A stretch of DNA of 64,000 bases, taken from the NCBI GenBank assembly GCA_018267545.1, contig JAFDYG010000465.1, positions 15,556 through 79,555 of the forward strand, read 5' to 3'. This document shows, in pieces, positions 63,191 through 64,000 of this stretch. The DNA is from Bacteroidota bacterium. GTDB taxonomy: Bacteria > Bacteroidota > Bacteroidia > Chitinophagales > Chitinophagaceae. Numbering within the stretch: the first letter of the stretch is position 1; the number at the start of each line of letters is the position of its first letter. A model generated the notes under the pieces. The model ran no database searches, was not told the origin of the DNA, and saw only the letters and a list, made by a program, of their open reading frames with translations. The translations under genes were made by a program, and so were the position numbers.

Positions 63191-64000
63191 CTATTGATAG
63201 ATAGCGATTTTATGTGTTCTTATAAGATAGGGAATATTTTTCGATTCGGACCCATTGTTGAAATAGATAGCCTTTGAACTTTGCAGCGGCATATGACAAT
63301 CCATACAGCTGCTACCCGAGACCTCAACAGTATGCGTAACCCCCTTATGACAATCCATACAAGTGTTCCGTGCAACAGCCCCGTGCGGGTCATGACAGGT
63401 CACACAAGTCATCCCACTCTTCTGATAACAGACGCTCGCCATTAGCAGCTGCACCTGCTTTCCATGCACATCCGGCTCGTTACGAGGAACACCTCCAAAG
63501 TCCGGCTCGTAAAAATGCGACAAAGTATCCCCCGGGACAAATGCAAAAAGTGTCCTCACCGTTGCCTGATCGTTCCCCGAATGACAAGTCGCGCAAAGGT
63601 CCATCTGTCTCTGCCGGGGCAACCCTTTAATCGACACCATCCCCTTCTCCTTTGGATGCTCCGCATGCTCCCGACCCGGACCATGACAACGCTCACAATC
63701 GATTCCATAAACAATACTGGCGCGGTCCAATTTGTCCTGCAATTGCATCGGCCCCGTCTGAACCGACTCGCGAGCCACAAAAGAAGCATGACACTCGAAA
63801 CACCGGCTTGGTATCACCCGATTAAACCGGGCGCGCCCCGCGGGAAAACCCGGGCTGTTAATCCATGCATGTTGAGCGGTCAGGTAGGTAAGGGGCAGCT
63901 GGAAGAGCGTATCCTCCTTCCAATAGCCAAAGGTTTGGGCCTTTTCACCGGAGCCAAAGACAATGTCGAAGGTCTCGGACTTTGCGGGCCGGCCCGCCAC
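63191..64000 (-). CDS. Multihaem c-type cytochrome, C-terminal part (gene continues beyond the window end)
   Basis: The visible 269 aa contain six CxxCH motifs (CFECH, CERCH, CATCH, CVTCH, CMDCH twice). Confidence 0.7.
   Translation of the reverse strand: MAGRPAKSETFDIVFGSGEKAQTFGYWKEDTLFQLPLTYLTAQHAWINSPGFPAGRARFNRVIPSRCFECHASFVARESVQTGPMQLQDKLDRASIVYGIDCERCHGPGREHAEHPKEKGMVSIKGLPRQRQMDLCATCHSGNDQATVRTLFAFVPGDTLSHFYEPDFGGVPRNEPDVHGKQVQLLMASVCYQKSGMTCVTCHDPHGAVARNTCMDCHKGVTHTVEVSGSSCMDCHMPLQSSKAIYFNNGSESKNIPYLIRTHKIAIYQ

Noticed and set aside
1-64000. A search for tRNA/rRNA genes, CRISPR arrays, integrases/transposases and long direct repeats marking a mobile element.
   Set aside because: I recognised none by eye in the intergenic regions (3342..3770, 8646..8980, 43483..43796 and others) or among the ORF translations. 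A computational scan (tRNAscan-SE, Infernal, ISfinder, repeat finders) is still needed.

Overview
I read this window from motifs in the translated ORFs, with no database access. It looks like a chromosomal segment of a Bacteroidota genome: a short ~290-aa RpoD-type sigma factor, S16 with a long basic tail, a Y_Y_Y/LuxR hybrid regulator, many lipoproteins, and ATGA/GTGA-coupled operons. The left end (1-8 kb) is housekeeping: rimM fragment, rpsP, ffh, rpoD, an LptF/G-family permease, a CDF transporter and a thioredoxin-like protein. The stretch 8-15.4 kb mixes regulators and enzymes (Crp/Fnr, GlcG-like, AraC, esterase) with AT-rich orphan ORFs. From ~15.4 to ~56 kb the window is dominated by large NTPase-centred, conflict/defence-like modules, interrupted only by three ordinary genes (DsbD-N-like, M20 dipeptidase, class-III aminotransferase). 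These modules are: (1) a five-gene coupled operon: DUF4062(TIR-like) protein, MoxR AAA+, a 1533-aa TM giant with a vWA-like segment, a polytopic patatin phospholipase, and a small TM protein. (2) A DUF4062-NACHT-HEAT STAND NTPase plus a LOG/SLOG-like protein. (3) Divergently paired with (2), a 1775-aa double-lipase/CHAT (caspase-like) protein. (4) A four-gene coupled operon: HerA-like ATPase, NurA-like nuclease, (degenerate HNH)-ABC ATPase, and HNH nuclease (the last two form a Septu-like half). (5) A PLD-family HKD protein plus a TM orphan. (6) Two tandem paralogous HD-phosphohydrolase/GHKL-ATPase giants. The right end (56-64 kb) holds a metzincin + lipoprotein pair, a GH5 glycosidase, a Y_Y_Y/LuxR regulator and a multihaem cytochrome fragment; the GH5 and regulator genes have a visibly different G/T-ending codon usage. 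I recognised no rRNA, tRNA, CRISPR array, integrase or transposase. All family calls rest on motifs visible in the ORF translations and need HMM or structure confirmation.
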